64,000 nt of DNA, from assembly GCA_963668385.1 (NCBI GenBank), contig OY764327.1, forward strand, positions 5,648,724 to 5,712,723, in the 5' to 3' direction. The DNA comes from an uncultured Carboxylicivirga sp. GTDB lineage: Bacteria > Bacteroidota > Bacteroidia > Bacteroidales > Marinilabiliaceae. The stretch's first letter is position 1. Each line of letters begins with the position of its first letter. The notes under the pieces are model-generated. The model had not been told where the DNA came from. It ran no database searches and saw only the letters and a program-made list of their open reading frames with translations. This document shows, in pieces, positions 41,201 through 51,412 of this stretch. The position numbers and the translations under genes are program-made.

Positions 41201-41440
41201 AATACAAAGAAATGAATAGTGATTTTAAATGTCTACCAACTCAAAAAATAGTTATTAAATAGATATTAACAGGGCACAATTCTCTAACCCTCTAACTATC
41301 TAACAAAAAACACCATAAGTAGATATCACAAGAGCTAAATACTGTAAAAATTAGTGTAAAGGGTGGATTTTCAAGCCAATTTGGCGAAAATTTTCGAAAA
41401 GATTATTACCTCGTTTAACCTACTATTAACGCAATAATAT

Positions 41441-43010
41441 GCAACTCCTCTGGAGTTGTAATTCTTCAATAAATTATTGAAACTATAGATATATATCCCC
41501 GCTGGGGATAATGACACAGCTGAAGAGAAGTTTTCGTTCTACAGAATGGATAATGAGCACCTTTGAATACACCTCCCTTATAGTTATTATATGCCAAACT
41601 ATAATACACCCGCCAGACATTATAGCCCTACTTCAGAAAAGTTGCATATCTATAGAATTGATGTATAGACACTTTTCTTTTTTGCCTCTAGCCGGCTGGC
41701 TTTTACTTTCTTCCTGCAGCCGAAGAAAGTAAACAAAGAAGGCCGCGGCTGCATTAGGTCCGATCATTTGCTATTGTAAATCTTAAGTGCGGCCGGGTGA
41801 TCTCCAAGCCAAGCTTGGAGCTTCCCGGTCTTACTAAAGATCTACTGCTAGTAAATAATCTCCCCTAATAAAGCCGAAAGAGATCCTAGCGTTAATTAAT
41901 ATGTAGAATTCTACACTTGATTTTCTTAAAACACCACAAACTAACAAACTGTAATACATCGAATGTGGGCACAAGAGCCCAACTTCAGAGAAGTTGCATG
42001 TCTATAGAATTGATAAATAGTAAGAGATTGACACAACTCCTGAGGTGTTGAATAAAGGATAACGAACACATCAAAAACATTATTCTTCTTCCTTATAAAT
42101 TATCTCCCCTAATAAAGCCGAAAGAGATCCTAGCGTTAATTAATATGTAGAATTCTACACTTGATATTCTTAAAACACTTCAAACTAACCAAGCTGTAAT
42201 ATATCGCCAATGCTCACTATAACTCAACTTCAGAGAAGTTGCACATCTATAGAATTGATAAATAGTAAGAGATTGACACAACTCCAGCGGAGTTGAATAA
42301 AGGATAACGAACACATCAATAACATTATTCTTCTTCTTTGTAAATTATCTCCCCTAATGAGGCCGAAATAGATCCTAGCGTTAAATAATATGTAGAATTC
42401 TACACTTGATATTCTTAAAAAACCGCAAACTAACAAACTGTAATACATCGAATGTGGGCACAATACCCCAACTTCAGAGAAGTTGCATATCTATAGAATT
42501 GATAAATAGTAAAAGATAAGTGTAACTCCACCGGAGTTGAATAAAGGATAACGAACACATCAAAAACATTATTCTTCTTCCTTGTAAATAATCTCCCCTA
42601 ATAAAGCCGAAAGAGAGCCTAGCGTTAATTAATATGTAGAATTCTACACTTGATTTTCTTAAAACACCACAAACTAACCAAGCTGTAATACATCGAATGT
42701 GGCCACAAGAGCCCAACTTCAGAGAAGTTGCATATCTATAGAATCGTCAAATAGTTAGGGATTACAACAACTCCAGCGGAGTTGAATATAAATTAGTACC
42801 CTTTAAAAATTCTACTAATCACCCACACATAACCACTTACAAATATCATTGATATTAAGACACTTTTCTTTTTTGCCTCTAGCCGGCTGGCTTTTACTTT
42901 CTTCCTGCAGCCGAAGAAAGTAAACAAAGAAAGCCGCGACTGCATCCGATATAGCCTTATATTTAGGTGTAGAATTCTACACTTGAAGTTCTCATATCGC
43001 TACAAATTAG
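41441..43010. repeat. Mosaic palindrome-rich repeat array 2 (five units, same family as array 1)
   Basis: Units start at 41628, 41980, 42225, 42469, 42714 (244-245 nt period); same inverted left-end unit as array 1. Confidence 0.92.
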
Positions 43011-43019
43011 CCATGCTAT

Positions 43020-43280
43020 AAATAGATTTCTTACCAGCCGCGAAAACAGCCAAAAAAACCGTCAGGTTTGTTGCCAACGGAGAAAACAGCCGAAAAAAAC
43101 CATCAGTTTTGCTGCCTTTGGCGAAAACAGCCGAAAAAACCATCAAGATCGTTGCCAACAGAGAAAGCAGCAAAATAAACCGTCAATTTTGTTGCCAGCG
43201 GAGAAAGCAGCAAAAAAAACCGTCAGGTTTGTTGCCAACGAAGAAAACAGACAAAAAAACCGTCAAATTTGTTGCCAACG
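43020..43280. repeat. Degenerate ~40-nt tandem repeat, about six copies
   Basis: Consensus approx AAAACAGCCAAAAAAACCGTCAGGTTTGTTGCCAACGGAG. Confidence 0.85.
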
Positions 43281-43659
43281 CTTGTTGAGCTTATGTTTGA
43301 TAAACAAAATATGGTTTGAACAAATTAAAAACCATATAAATAACACCACAAACGATAGTATTATTAGACCATAGAAGGTAATTTATCCAACACATACCCC
43401 AACATAAAATATAAGCTATCAACAGCTTGTTTATAACTTAGCCCCCATTTGATTATATCTATATTTGATTTATGTTTACTTTTAATGTGCCTTATTGGGT
43501 TAAATCGTTTTTTATACGTTTAAATTCATTAGACACTTATAATTATTTAAAAACGTTTTTATACCAATAAACCAAGTGATTAATAGAGTTAAGAAACTAA
43601 TGACGCTTATAAAGTAGTTAGCGGTCAGCAAAAAGTGCTAACTGTCAAGTAAATCTCAA

Positions 43660-44145
43660 ATGAATCATAATCGCTTAGACAAAAAAGAATTAAACAAGTT
43701 AAAGGGACAAACAGACCAACCAGATATAAATCAAAACCATTTTATTCTTCGTTTTATAGACTTTGATTTTGACCCGAAAATAATTTCTGATAGACTTGGA
43801 CTAAAACCTAGTTCGTCAGGACAAAAAGGTGAAGAATATTACATTGGGACTAAAAAAATACCAAGAATCAGAGATTGTAATCATTGGGACATAGAACAAA
43901 AGATAATATCTAACGATTTTATTGGTGACTTGCTTGATCTCTTTTTCAAGGAAATTATAATACCAAGAATTGAACTTTTAAAGGAATTAAAAAGTCAGTG
44001 TAAAATACTCAGATTAACAATGGTTCAATACTATTACACTGGACATAATCCTGGTTTTACTCTGACTAATGAACAAATTAAAATATTGGCAGACATTAAT
44101 GCGGAAATTGATATTGATGTCTATTGTTTATGCGAAGACAATTAA
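43660..44145 (+). CDS. DUF4279-like protein (cassette-like gene)
   Basis: FDPKIISDRLGLKP, PGFTLTNEQIKILADINAEIDIDVY. Confidence 0.75.
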   Translation: MNHNRLDKKELNKLKGQTDQPDINQNHFILRFIDFDFDPKIISDRLGLKPSSSGQKGEEYYIGTKKIPRIRDCNHWDIEQKIISNDFIGDLLDLFFKEIIIPRIELLKELKSQCKILRLTMVQYYYTGHNPGFTLTNEQIKILADINAEIDIDVYCLCEDN

Positions 44146-44155
44146 TAAATGCCGA

Positions 44156-44291
44156 ACCGCTAACACGCTGGAAATAAAGCATGGCTCGTTTACCTCGTCC
44201 TGACGCCTTTGTCTACTGTCTTAGTCCCCCTAACGGGTGACACGACACCACGACTAACGCGCCACGACTTCATCCAGCAAACGTTATGGCC
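44156..44291 (+). other. attC-like recombination site
   Basis: R''-like ACCGCTAAC 10 nt after the stop; imperfect long hairpin (GCTGGA/TCCAGC, ATGGC/GCCAC) ending in R'-like GTTATGGCC. Confidence 0.65.
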
Positions 44292-44339
44292 CATAGTCGA
44301 GTATTGAAAGTTAAGCTTTACCCTGTTTGACTAAAAGTA

Positions 44340-44685
44340 GTCATAATAGTATATGGAAAGTTTTGATTTGAAAGAAGGATCAAAGTTGATACGGTGATAC
44401 CGTTGAAAAGTCGCCTTTTCGGACGAGAAGCCGTCCAATCAACTTTGGAGAGAGAAGTTATTCGATTTAAATCAAAAATTAAGTTTGATTTAAACCTTCT
44501 CAAACAAAACGGACCTTTTAAGAATGACTACTTTTAGACCTGGCACACGGACACTCCATATAAAATATAATAGAGAATACGTGTAGCCGAAACAGGGTGA
44601 AACCAAAAAACGGGATAAATAGCCTAGCAAAGGACAATACCGACAACGGGTTCGCTGTTATTTTTTTTTAATAACAGCCCATAAC
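44340..44685 (+). pseudogene. Decayed cassette ORF
   Basis: Broken reading frames between GTTATGGCC (44283) and GCCCATAAC (44677). Confidence 0.3.
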
Positions 44686-44787
44686 ACAATTCACAACTCA
44701 ACATTAAAATATCCAAAAAATACAAGTACTTTTAATTTTTAAAAAGATACAATTAAAGAGGACAAGCCGTTTAAATCCATTATTTAT

Positions 44788-47331
44788 ATGTATAAAATTC
44801 GTTTTTTACTTCTAATTATTAGTTTCATTGTAAATTTTTCGTCTTTATTTTCTCAAACTCTCCCAGGGTGGTGTGAAAAAGTTAACTATGACAAAGAATT
44901 TATTGCAAATGAGCATAATCGTACCCAAGGAGTTTCATATCTATTGTCTGATGTTCAAGTAAACCTTGTTAAAGAGGAAGTTTATACACGTCTATCTTTA
45001 AAAATAACAGAGGAAAATGGTCTACGTCAGGCGTCATCCCTTGTTATGACTTATGATAGCACCTATCAGGATGCAAAGTTTTTAATGATTAAGATAATAA
45101 GAAGTGGAAAAGTTATTAATGTTTTAAAAAATCAAAAGCCTGAATTAATTAGAAGAGAAAGAAGTCTTGAATATGGTTTAATTGATGGAATATTAACCTC
45201 CTATATAGAAGTAAATGACTTACGGGTAGGTGATATTTTAGATTATAGTTATGTGGTGAAAGGATTTAATCCAATAATTAAAGGTTTCTATCTATTTAAT
45301 CAAAATACAAGCTTTACCGTGCCTATTGGTAAGATTCATATTTGTTATATCACAGATGGTTCAAATAATTCAGAATTTCAATTAAAAAATGGAGCTCCAA
45401 AACCGCAAATTAAAAAGGGTAACAACTCAATTAGATATATATGGGAAATAAATAATCCAGAAGTAATTTCATTTGAACAAGATATTCCTTCATGGTACAA
45501 TCCTATTCCATCAATTCTGTTTTCAGCCAAAACTACTTGGGAGTGCTTAGCAAATCAAATTTTAAAATTATTTACCTCGAAAGAAGAATTTAGTGATGAA
45601 TATAAAGCTTTGTTAGATACCATTATAAATAAATCTCCAGAAAAAGAAAAACAAGCAAGATATGCCATCCAATATGTTCAGAATAATATTCATTATTTAG
45701 GAAATGAATATGGTATTTATAGCTATAAACCAAGGCATCCAAATACTATTTTGCAAAAGAAATCAGGTGATTGCAAAGAAAAAAGTTGGTTATTGACATG
45801 TTTGTTAAACGATATAGGATATGAAGCGTATCCTGTTTTAGTAAACACAGTCCAAGGACATGTTTTAGATGAACAACCAGTATCGATGGGAGCATTTAAT
45901 CATTGTGTAAATTGTCTCATTATCGAAGAAGATACAATATTTGTTGATCCAACGATTACAAATCAAGGAGGAGGGATGAAGAATCTCTTTTTTCCAAACT
46001 ATGAAAATGGATTAATTTTGAAAAGAGGTACATCAGCTCTGACGCCTATACCATTACAAAACCAAGGAACAACAACTATTGATGAGACATTTAGCTCTGA
46101 TGATTTACAAGGATTGGCATATTTGAATGTAAAAACAGAAATGAGAGGAGGTAATGCTGATTTTCAAAGAGCATTATTAAAAAATATGTCATTTAAAGAT
46201 ATTCAAAGTGAATATTTAAAATTTTACGCAACTCTTTATTTAAAAATAGATACAGTACGTTTGTTATCATTTGAGGATAATATTGAAGATAATATAGTAA
46301 CATTAGAACAGTCATATTCTATAAAAAACTTCTGGAAAGTTTCAGATACGCTAAAGAATGAAGATGTTACAGCTAATTTTCAGGCTCAAACTATTCAAAA
46401 CCTATTACGTAGGGAAATATATCCTACAAGAAAAAGCCCTGTAGCTATAGCATACCCTATCGATATTAAGCAAACAACAATAGTAAATTTACCTGCTGAT
46501 TGGACTGTAGAAAATGAGAATGAAACAATTACAGGAGATGGATATAATTTTATCAGAACTGTAAGTTATGATAACCGAAAGCTTCGCTTAGAATATCACT
46601 ATGTTACTACACAATCTTATATAGATAAAACTCAATATGCAGATTTTATAGATCAGAATGGGCGCATATTTAATAAACTAAATTATGCATTATGGCATTA
46701 TGGTTCAACCATCATCGAAAAGAACAAAGAGCGTCCTCATCCCTTTTTTATAGTTTTTATTGTTCTAATAATTGGACTTTGTTCAATGTTTGCATTTCAG
46801 GCCTTTAAATATGACCCTATGGTTGATGTCAAGTATGTTAACAACAAACAATCTATTGGAGGTTGGTTGTTAGTACCTGCTATTGGCATAATTGTTTGGA
46901 CTGCATTTATGCTTGTAGCTTTTTTATTGAAAATTAATTGGGGAATAAATTCCTGGTTATATCCTAGCATATCAAATCATACATCAATAAAATTAGCATC
47001 TCGTTTTATTATGCTCTTTGGTATTTTGTTTATGACAATCTTTGGAATGTTAAATTCTATTTTATTGCTATTAAGACGAAGTAGTTTTCCAAAAATGATG
47101 ATTTATTACTATTTGACATTTGCTTTATTTACATTAGTAGTCAGCACCTTAATATTTGTAATTCAAAAGGAAGGGGCTATATTTTTTATGAACGTATGGC
47201 CATTCATTAATTGCGCAATATGGATACCTTATTTTATTAAATCCGAACGTGTTAAAAATACTTTTACGAGAAGATTAAGAATTAATACTATTAAAACACA
47301 GGATGAGAGAGTTACTGAAGTCGAGATGTAA
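44788..47331 (+). CDS. DUF3857 + transglutaminase-like + DUF2569-like membrane protein
   Basis: Signal peptide, LRVGDILDYSY, GDCKEK/FNH/VDPT triad, C-terminal IGGWLL TM bundle. Confidence 0.8.
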   Translation: MYKIRFLLLIISFIVNFSSLFSQTLPGWCEKVNYDKEFIANEHNRTQGVSYLLSDVQVNLVKEEVYTRLSLKITEENGLRQASSLVMTYDSTYQDAKFLMIKIIRSGKVINVLKNQKPELIRRERSLEYGLIDGILTSYIEVNDLRVGDILDYSYVVKGFNPIIKGFYLFNQNTSFTVPIGKIHICYITDGSNNSEFQLKNGAPKPQIKKGNNSIRYIWEINNPEVISFEQDIPSWYNPIPSILFSAKTTWECLANQILKLFTSKEEFSDEYKALLDTIINKSPEKEKQARYAIQYVQNNIHYLGNEYGIYSYKPRHPNTILQKKSGDCKEKSWLLTCLLNDIGYEAYPVLVNTVQGHVLDEQPVSMGAFNHCVNCLIIEEDTIFVDPTITNQGGGMKNLFFPNYENGLILKRGTSALTPIPLQNQGTTTIDETFSSDDLQGLAYLNVKTEMRGGNADFQRALLKNMSFKDIQSEYLKFYATLYLKIDTVRLLSFEDNIEDNIVTLEQSYSIKNFWKVSDTLKNEDVTANFQAQTIQNLLRREIYPTRKSPVAIAYPIDIKQTTIVNLPADWTVENENETITGDGYNFIRTVSYDNRKLRLEYHYVTTQSYIDKTQYADFIDQNGRIFNKLNYALWHYGSTIIEKNKERPHPFFIVFIVLIIGLCSMFAFQAFKYDPMVDVKYVNNKQSIGGWLLVPAIGIIVWTAFMLVAFLLKINWGINSWLYPSISNHTSIKLASRFIMLFGILFMTIFGMLNSILLLLRRSSFPKMMIYYYLTFALFTLVVSTLIFVIQKEGAIFFMNVWPFINCAIWIPYFIKSERVKNTFTRRLRINTIKTQDERVTEVEM

Positions 47332-47377
47332 GTATTGTTATAAATTTTATACAATTTGAATCTATAATAAAATGCCA

Positions 47378-47530
47378 GGCCATAACAAACCGCAATAGCG
47401 CATAAGGCGTTCGTGGAATTTAGGAAGGTCGCCAACTTCGGCTACCAACGCCAAATCGCAGATTTGGCGTTAAAAAGAAATGTAAAACAAAATATGCACT
47501 TTGGCTCCGCACAGTAATTAAACGTTAATC
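47378..47530 (+). other. Degenerate attC-like site
   Basis: GGCCATAAC, central hairpin AACGCCAAATC-gca-GATTTGGCGTT, then AAACGTT at 47520-47526 just before the next gene. Confidence 0.45.
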
Positions 47531-47543
47531 AATTAATTGAAAA

Positions 47544-48038
47544 ATGAAGAATAAATTAAAAAACGTAATTATAGCAGGATTAATGTTCGGACTTCTATTT
47601 GGTATCGTTCTAACCTTTCTTTTTGACATTAAATCTTCAGTAATTATTGGTTTTGTAACAGGGCTTTTATTTGGATTAGCTTTACTTCTATTTATGAATT
47701 CAAAAGCTGTAAAAAAACAAACAGAAATTGTAATTAATGAAGGCGAAGAAATTATTTATTCTGGAGTTGCTAATCATTTAAAGAACAAAGAAGCTGTTGG
47801 CGGTAAACTTTATTTGCAAAAAGACAAACTTCAGTTTCAATCGCACAATTACAATATTCAAAATCACAATCAAAAAATTGACATTAAAGAGATTAAAGAA
47901 ATTAGTTTCTATAACTCCATTGGAATAATTCCCAATGGACTTGCAATAATTAAAAGAGACGGTAAAACTGAAAAGTTTGTGGTTAATGGCAGACGCATCT
48001 GGAAAGAACAAATTGAAAAATTAACTGTGGTAAGCTAA
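47544..48038 (+). CDS. Two-TM protein with GRAM/PH-like domain
   Basis: Two N-terminal TM helices; VGGKLYL...LQFQSHNYN. Confidence 0.65.
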   Translation: MKNKLKNVIIAGLMFGLLFGIVLTFLFDIKSSVIIGFVTGLLFGLALLLFMNSKAVKKQTEIVINEGEEIIYSGVANHLKNKEAVGGKLYLQKDKLQFQSHNYNIQNHNQKIDIKEIKEISFYNSIGIIPNGLAIIKRDGKTEKFVVNGRRIWKEQIEKLTVVS

Positions 48039-48105
48039 ACCTAAACTCTAAGCGATAAAAAACACGAACCGCCACACAATTACTTAAACACCTAACACCC
48101 CACTT

Positions 48106-48675
48106 ATGAAAATATTAGTATATGCTATTACAGTAATCCTATTTGCTTCGTGCAGTACCAATTCAAACAAAAGCATCAACAAACCCCCAAAAAACATTGA
48201 GCAGCCTGTTTATTCAAAAATGAAGTTAATTACTTTTAATGGAAATAACTTTAATGTTGGATACCCAAATTCATGGACATTGAACCAAAGAGAGATGAGC
48301 AACAAATCGTCGGTTGCGCATTTTACAGCTAATTATAAAATTGCGAACAACAGAGCGATTACATTTCAAATAATAAACCTGCTTGATACGGCTTCTCTCA
48401 AAACCGGAGTAGAACACCTTATTGCCAGGTACTCGAAAAATCCTGTTTACACTCCACTTAAAACCTTTGAAATAAATAAAAACGTTTTTATTAATACACG
48501 CATTAAGTTTACCAATGATGTATCCAGCGAAAGCTATTTTCTAAAAAATGGAGAGAATCTGTTTTGGCTAACTTTTATGGGCGATGTAGCAGATTTAGAT
48601 AAACACAATAGTGAGTTTCGTGCAATGGTTGAATCGTTTGAGTTAAATAACAGTGTAGATAATCAAGAGCAATAA
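48106..48675 (+). CDS. Hypothetical lipoprotein (PsbP-like fold possible)
   Basis: Lipobox LFASC; FNVGYPNSWT. Confidence 0.6.
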   Translation: MKILVYAITVILFASCSTNSNKSINKPPKNIEQPVYSKMKLITFNGNNFNVGYPNSWTLNQREMSNKSSVAHFTANYKIANNRAITFQIINLLDTASLKTGVEHLIARYSKNPVYTPLKTFEINKNVFINTRIKFTNDVSSESYFLKNGENLFWLTFMGDVADLDKHNSEFRAMVESFELNNSVDNQEQ

Positions 48676-48778
48676 AAACCTACATCATTCAAGTTAATTC
48701 AAATAGATAAGCTTTGGATAAGTAAGATGGTTGGTACAGCCTGTACCCAACAATAATTACAAAACATTAAAACACTAT

Positions 48779-50548
48779 ATGAAAGCACACTTTTATTATA
48801 TAATCCTATCCATTTTAGTACTTACAGGATGTGTTAGCAAATCAAAACGAATAGAGAATCAAGTTATTTTCGCAAAAACATATGGGTATGTAAAGTACTT
48901 TCATCCGAGTGATGAAGCTGCGCAACTCGACTGGGATAGTTTTGCAATATATGGCGCTTCTCAAATAGATAAATGCCAATCAGCAAGTGATGTAATTAAG
49001 GTGTTGGAAGATCTATTTAACCCCATAGCACCCACCATTCAGTTTTCATCCAATATCTCAGATTTTGATACAAATATACCTGCACCTGATAGCATTGATG
49101 GGTTCAGGCAAACATACTGGCAACACAATGGAGTGAGTTTCGGTATGATTAATCAAATACGTAAATACGAAAGCAGGAGAGTAAATAGAGCTAATGACGA
49201 ACAGAGTAAACAATTATTTGATTATTGTCCAAAATCGAATGAATGCATTATCAAAGAAATTGGTGAAGGTATTTACTGCCAAATTCCTATCGTACTTTAT
49301 TGCAACGATGATTATACCTTTCCGCAAGCCAATAAGCATAAATTAGAGCAATTGAATGATGAATTACAGTCTCTTAAAAATTCAAAACCCTCTGATTTAT
49401 ATACACGCTTAGGTAATATAGTAAATGTGTATAACGTTTTTCAACACTTTTATCCCTACTTCGATGTGGTTAATGTTAACTGGGAAACTGAATTTAAAAA
49501 CGCTCTTAATGCGAGTTATTCTGATAAAGATCTATTCGATCATTTAATTACTTTAGAAAAATTCACCGCTTCGTTAAAAGATGGACATATTCATATTTAC
49601 AACTCACGTATAAAACAATATGCACCACCCATAGCTTGGGATTGGGTTCAGGATCGATTAATAATTACACAAGTAGAAGAAGGTAACGACTCAATTAAAG
49701 TAGGTGACGTTGTTACACAAATAGAAGGTAAGAGCCCCGAGCTGTACTTCAACGAAGTGCATTCCAGAATATCTGCAGCTACAAAGGGATATTTGAATTT
49801 TATTGCTAATAGTAAAAGCCTCCAAGGAGATTTTCACAGCTATATAAATATTGTAATTGAAGGGAAAAAGTATAGCTTAAAAAGAACCGTTAATTATTAT
49901 GCATGGTTAGATCGAACCTGTAAAAAACCAAGATATAAGGAAATAGAGAATGGTATTTGGTATCTTAATTTAGATAAAGTTGAAATAGATACTATAGATA
50001 TGCTTTTACCTAAGTTGGAAGAAAGCAAATCAATAATTTGTGATTTAAGAGGATATCCAAATAAAAGCGGAGGTTTCATTACGAATCTTTTAGCTATAGA
50101 TGACACAACAAAGTCATGGATGCAAACACCTCAGATAGTTTACCCCGATCAAGATAAAATTATAGGTTATAAAAAGTCTAATTGGATTGGCTCTGCAGTT
50201 AAACGAAAACCTTATCTGGGTGATAAAAATGTGATATTTATTATTGATGGAAGGGCTATCAGTTATGCAGAAAGTGTTATGGGCTATGTAAAAAATTATA
50301 ACCTTGCAACCATAATAGGTCAACCTACAGCCGGCACAAACGGCAGCATTAATTCGTTTAGTTTGCCCGGAGGATACAAAATTAGTTTTACAGGGATGAA
50401 AGTTGTAAAACATAATGGCTCACAACTACATGGTATTGGTATATTACCAGATATTTATTTAGAAAAAACAATTAAAGGGGTAAAAGATGATCGAGATGAG
50501 TTTTTAGATAAAGCTATTGAATTTGCAAGAAACAAGAGCAAAAGCTAA
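48779..50548 (+). CDS. S41-family peptidase lipoprotein
   Basis: Likely start MKAHF.. with LTGC lipobox; LKDGH, ICDLRGYP, AISYAES, GQPTAGTNG. Confidence 0.88.
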   Translation: MKAHFYYIILSILVLTGCVSKSKRIENQVIFAKTYGYVKYFHPSDEAAQLDWDSFAIYGASQIDKCQSASDVIKVLEDLFNPIAPTIQFSSNISDFDTNIPAPDSIDGFRQTYWQHNGVSFGMINQIRKYESRRVNRANDEQSKQLFDYCPKSNECIIKEIGEGIYCQIPIVLYCNDDYTFPQANKHKLEQLNDELQSLKNSKPSDLYTRLGNIVNVYNVFQHFYPYFDVVNVNWETEFKNALNASYSDKDLFDHLITLEKFTASLKDGHIHIYNSRIKQYAPPIAWDWVQDRLIITQVEEGNDSIKVGDVVTQIEGKSPELYFNEVHSRISAATKGYLNFIANSKSLQGDFHSYINIVIEGKKYSLKRTVNYYAWLDRTCKKPRYKEIENGIWYLNLDKVEIDTIDMLLPKLEESKSIICDLRGYPNKSGGFITNLLAIDDTTKSWMQTPQIVYPDQDKIIGYKKSNWIGSAVKRKPYLGDKNVIFIIDGRAISYAESVMGYVKNYNLATIIGQPTAGTNGSINSFSLPGGYKISFTGMKVVKHNGSQLHGIGILPDIYLEKTIKGVKDDRDEFLDKAIEFARNKSKS

Positions 50549-50711
50549 CTCATTAAAAAATCAATACATGCCACTATCAACTCATGCAAAATACAAACCT
50601 AAGCTCGTTACGACTTCAAATAGTAAAAATTGTTTATTCTTTTCATTATGCCAACTAATACCTTAGCTTGCCAACACTACCAATATTTGGTATGTTTGTA
50701 AAAAATGAGCT

Positions 50712-50963
50712 ATGGATAAGAATACATCAATAACACTAGGAAATCATTTTGACGATTTTGTCAAAAGCAGTATTTCAACTGGGCGATATAAAAATGTAAG
50801 TGAAGTAGTTAGAGCTGGATTAAGATTACTGGAACAAGAAGAAAATAAAGTAATTGCATTAAGAAAGGCAATACAAGAGGGATTAAACAGTCCGCTAGTT
50901 GAGGATTTTGACTTTGACAACCATTTAAAAGAATTAAAAGCCGATAAAAAGAAAAATGGCTAA
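50712..50963 (+). CDS. parD: ParD-like RHH antitoxin
   Basis: TSITLG...GRYKNVSEVVRAGLRLLE. Confidence 0.9.
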   Translation: MDKNTSITLGNHFDDFVKSSISTGRYKNVSEVVRAGLRLLEQEENKVIALRKAIQEGLNSPLVEDFDFDNHLKELKADKKKNG

Positions 50964-51255
50964 AGTTTTATTTAGACAAAGAGCCATTAATGATTTATCA
51001 GACATTTGGAGTTACACCGCATTCAAATGGACAGAAAAGCAAGCTGATAAATATTATCAATCCATAAAATCAGTATGTAAAGAAATTGGTATAAATCCGT
51101 TTATTGGAAAACCATATTCTGAAATTGGCAGGAATTTATTGGGCATAAAGACAGGCAGACACATTATCTTCTATCAAATTCTATCTGAAAATAAGATTGA
51201 AGTCATCAGAATTCTTCATGGCCAAATGGATTTAAAGAAAAGGTTGAATGAATAA
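50956..51255 (+). CDS. parE: ParE/RelE-family toxin
   Basis: AINDLSDIWSYT..W...QADKY; HIIFY...IEVIRILH; 8-nt overlap with parD. Confidence 0.9.
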   Translation: MAKVLFRQRAINDLSDIWSYTAFKWTEKQADKYYQSIKSVCKEIGINPFIGKPYSEIGRNLLGIKTGRHIIFYQILSENKIEVIRILHGQMDLKKRLNE

Positions 51256-51356
51256 ACTACACGTTGGCAATAGTGTCCATTAGCGTGCTATTACAGTTTT
51301 CCTTTCATCACACAACTATCAAAAAATAATCGATTTACGCAATAACTACGGCTCAA

Positions 51357-51392
51357 AAAAAAGCCCTGCCAAATAATTGACAGAGCTTTTAG
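51357..51392. terminator. Bidirectional terminator between parE and the B12 operon
   Basis: AAAAGCCCTG...CAGAGCTTTT. Confidence 0.5.
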
Positions 51393-51412
51393 CAATATAA
51401 AAAAGAGTAGTA

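Noticed and set aside
36904-43010. CRISPR array (short palindromes; ATCTAC/GTAGA resembling Cas12a repeats)
   Set aside because: Period is 245-462 nt, the intervening sequence is itself repeated rather than unique spacers, and no cas genes are in the window.
43189-43374. 61-aa ORF
   Set aside because: Translation of the 40-nt tandem repeat.
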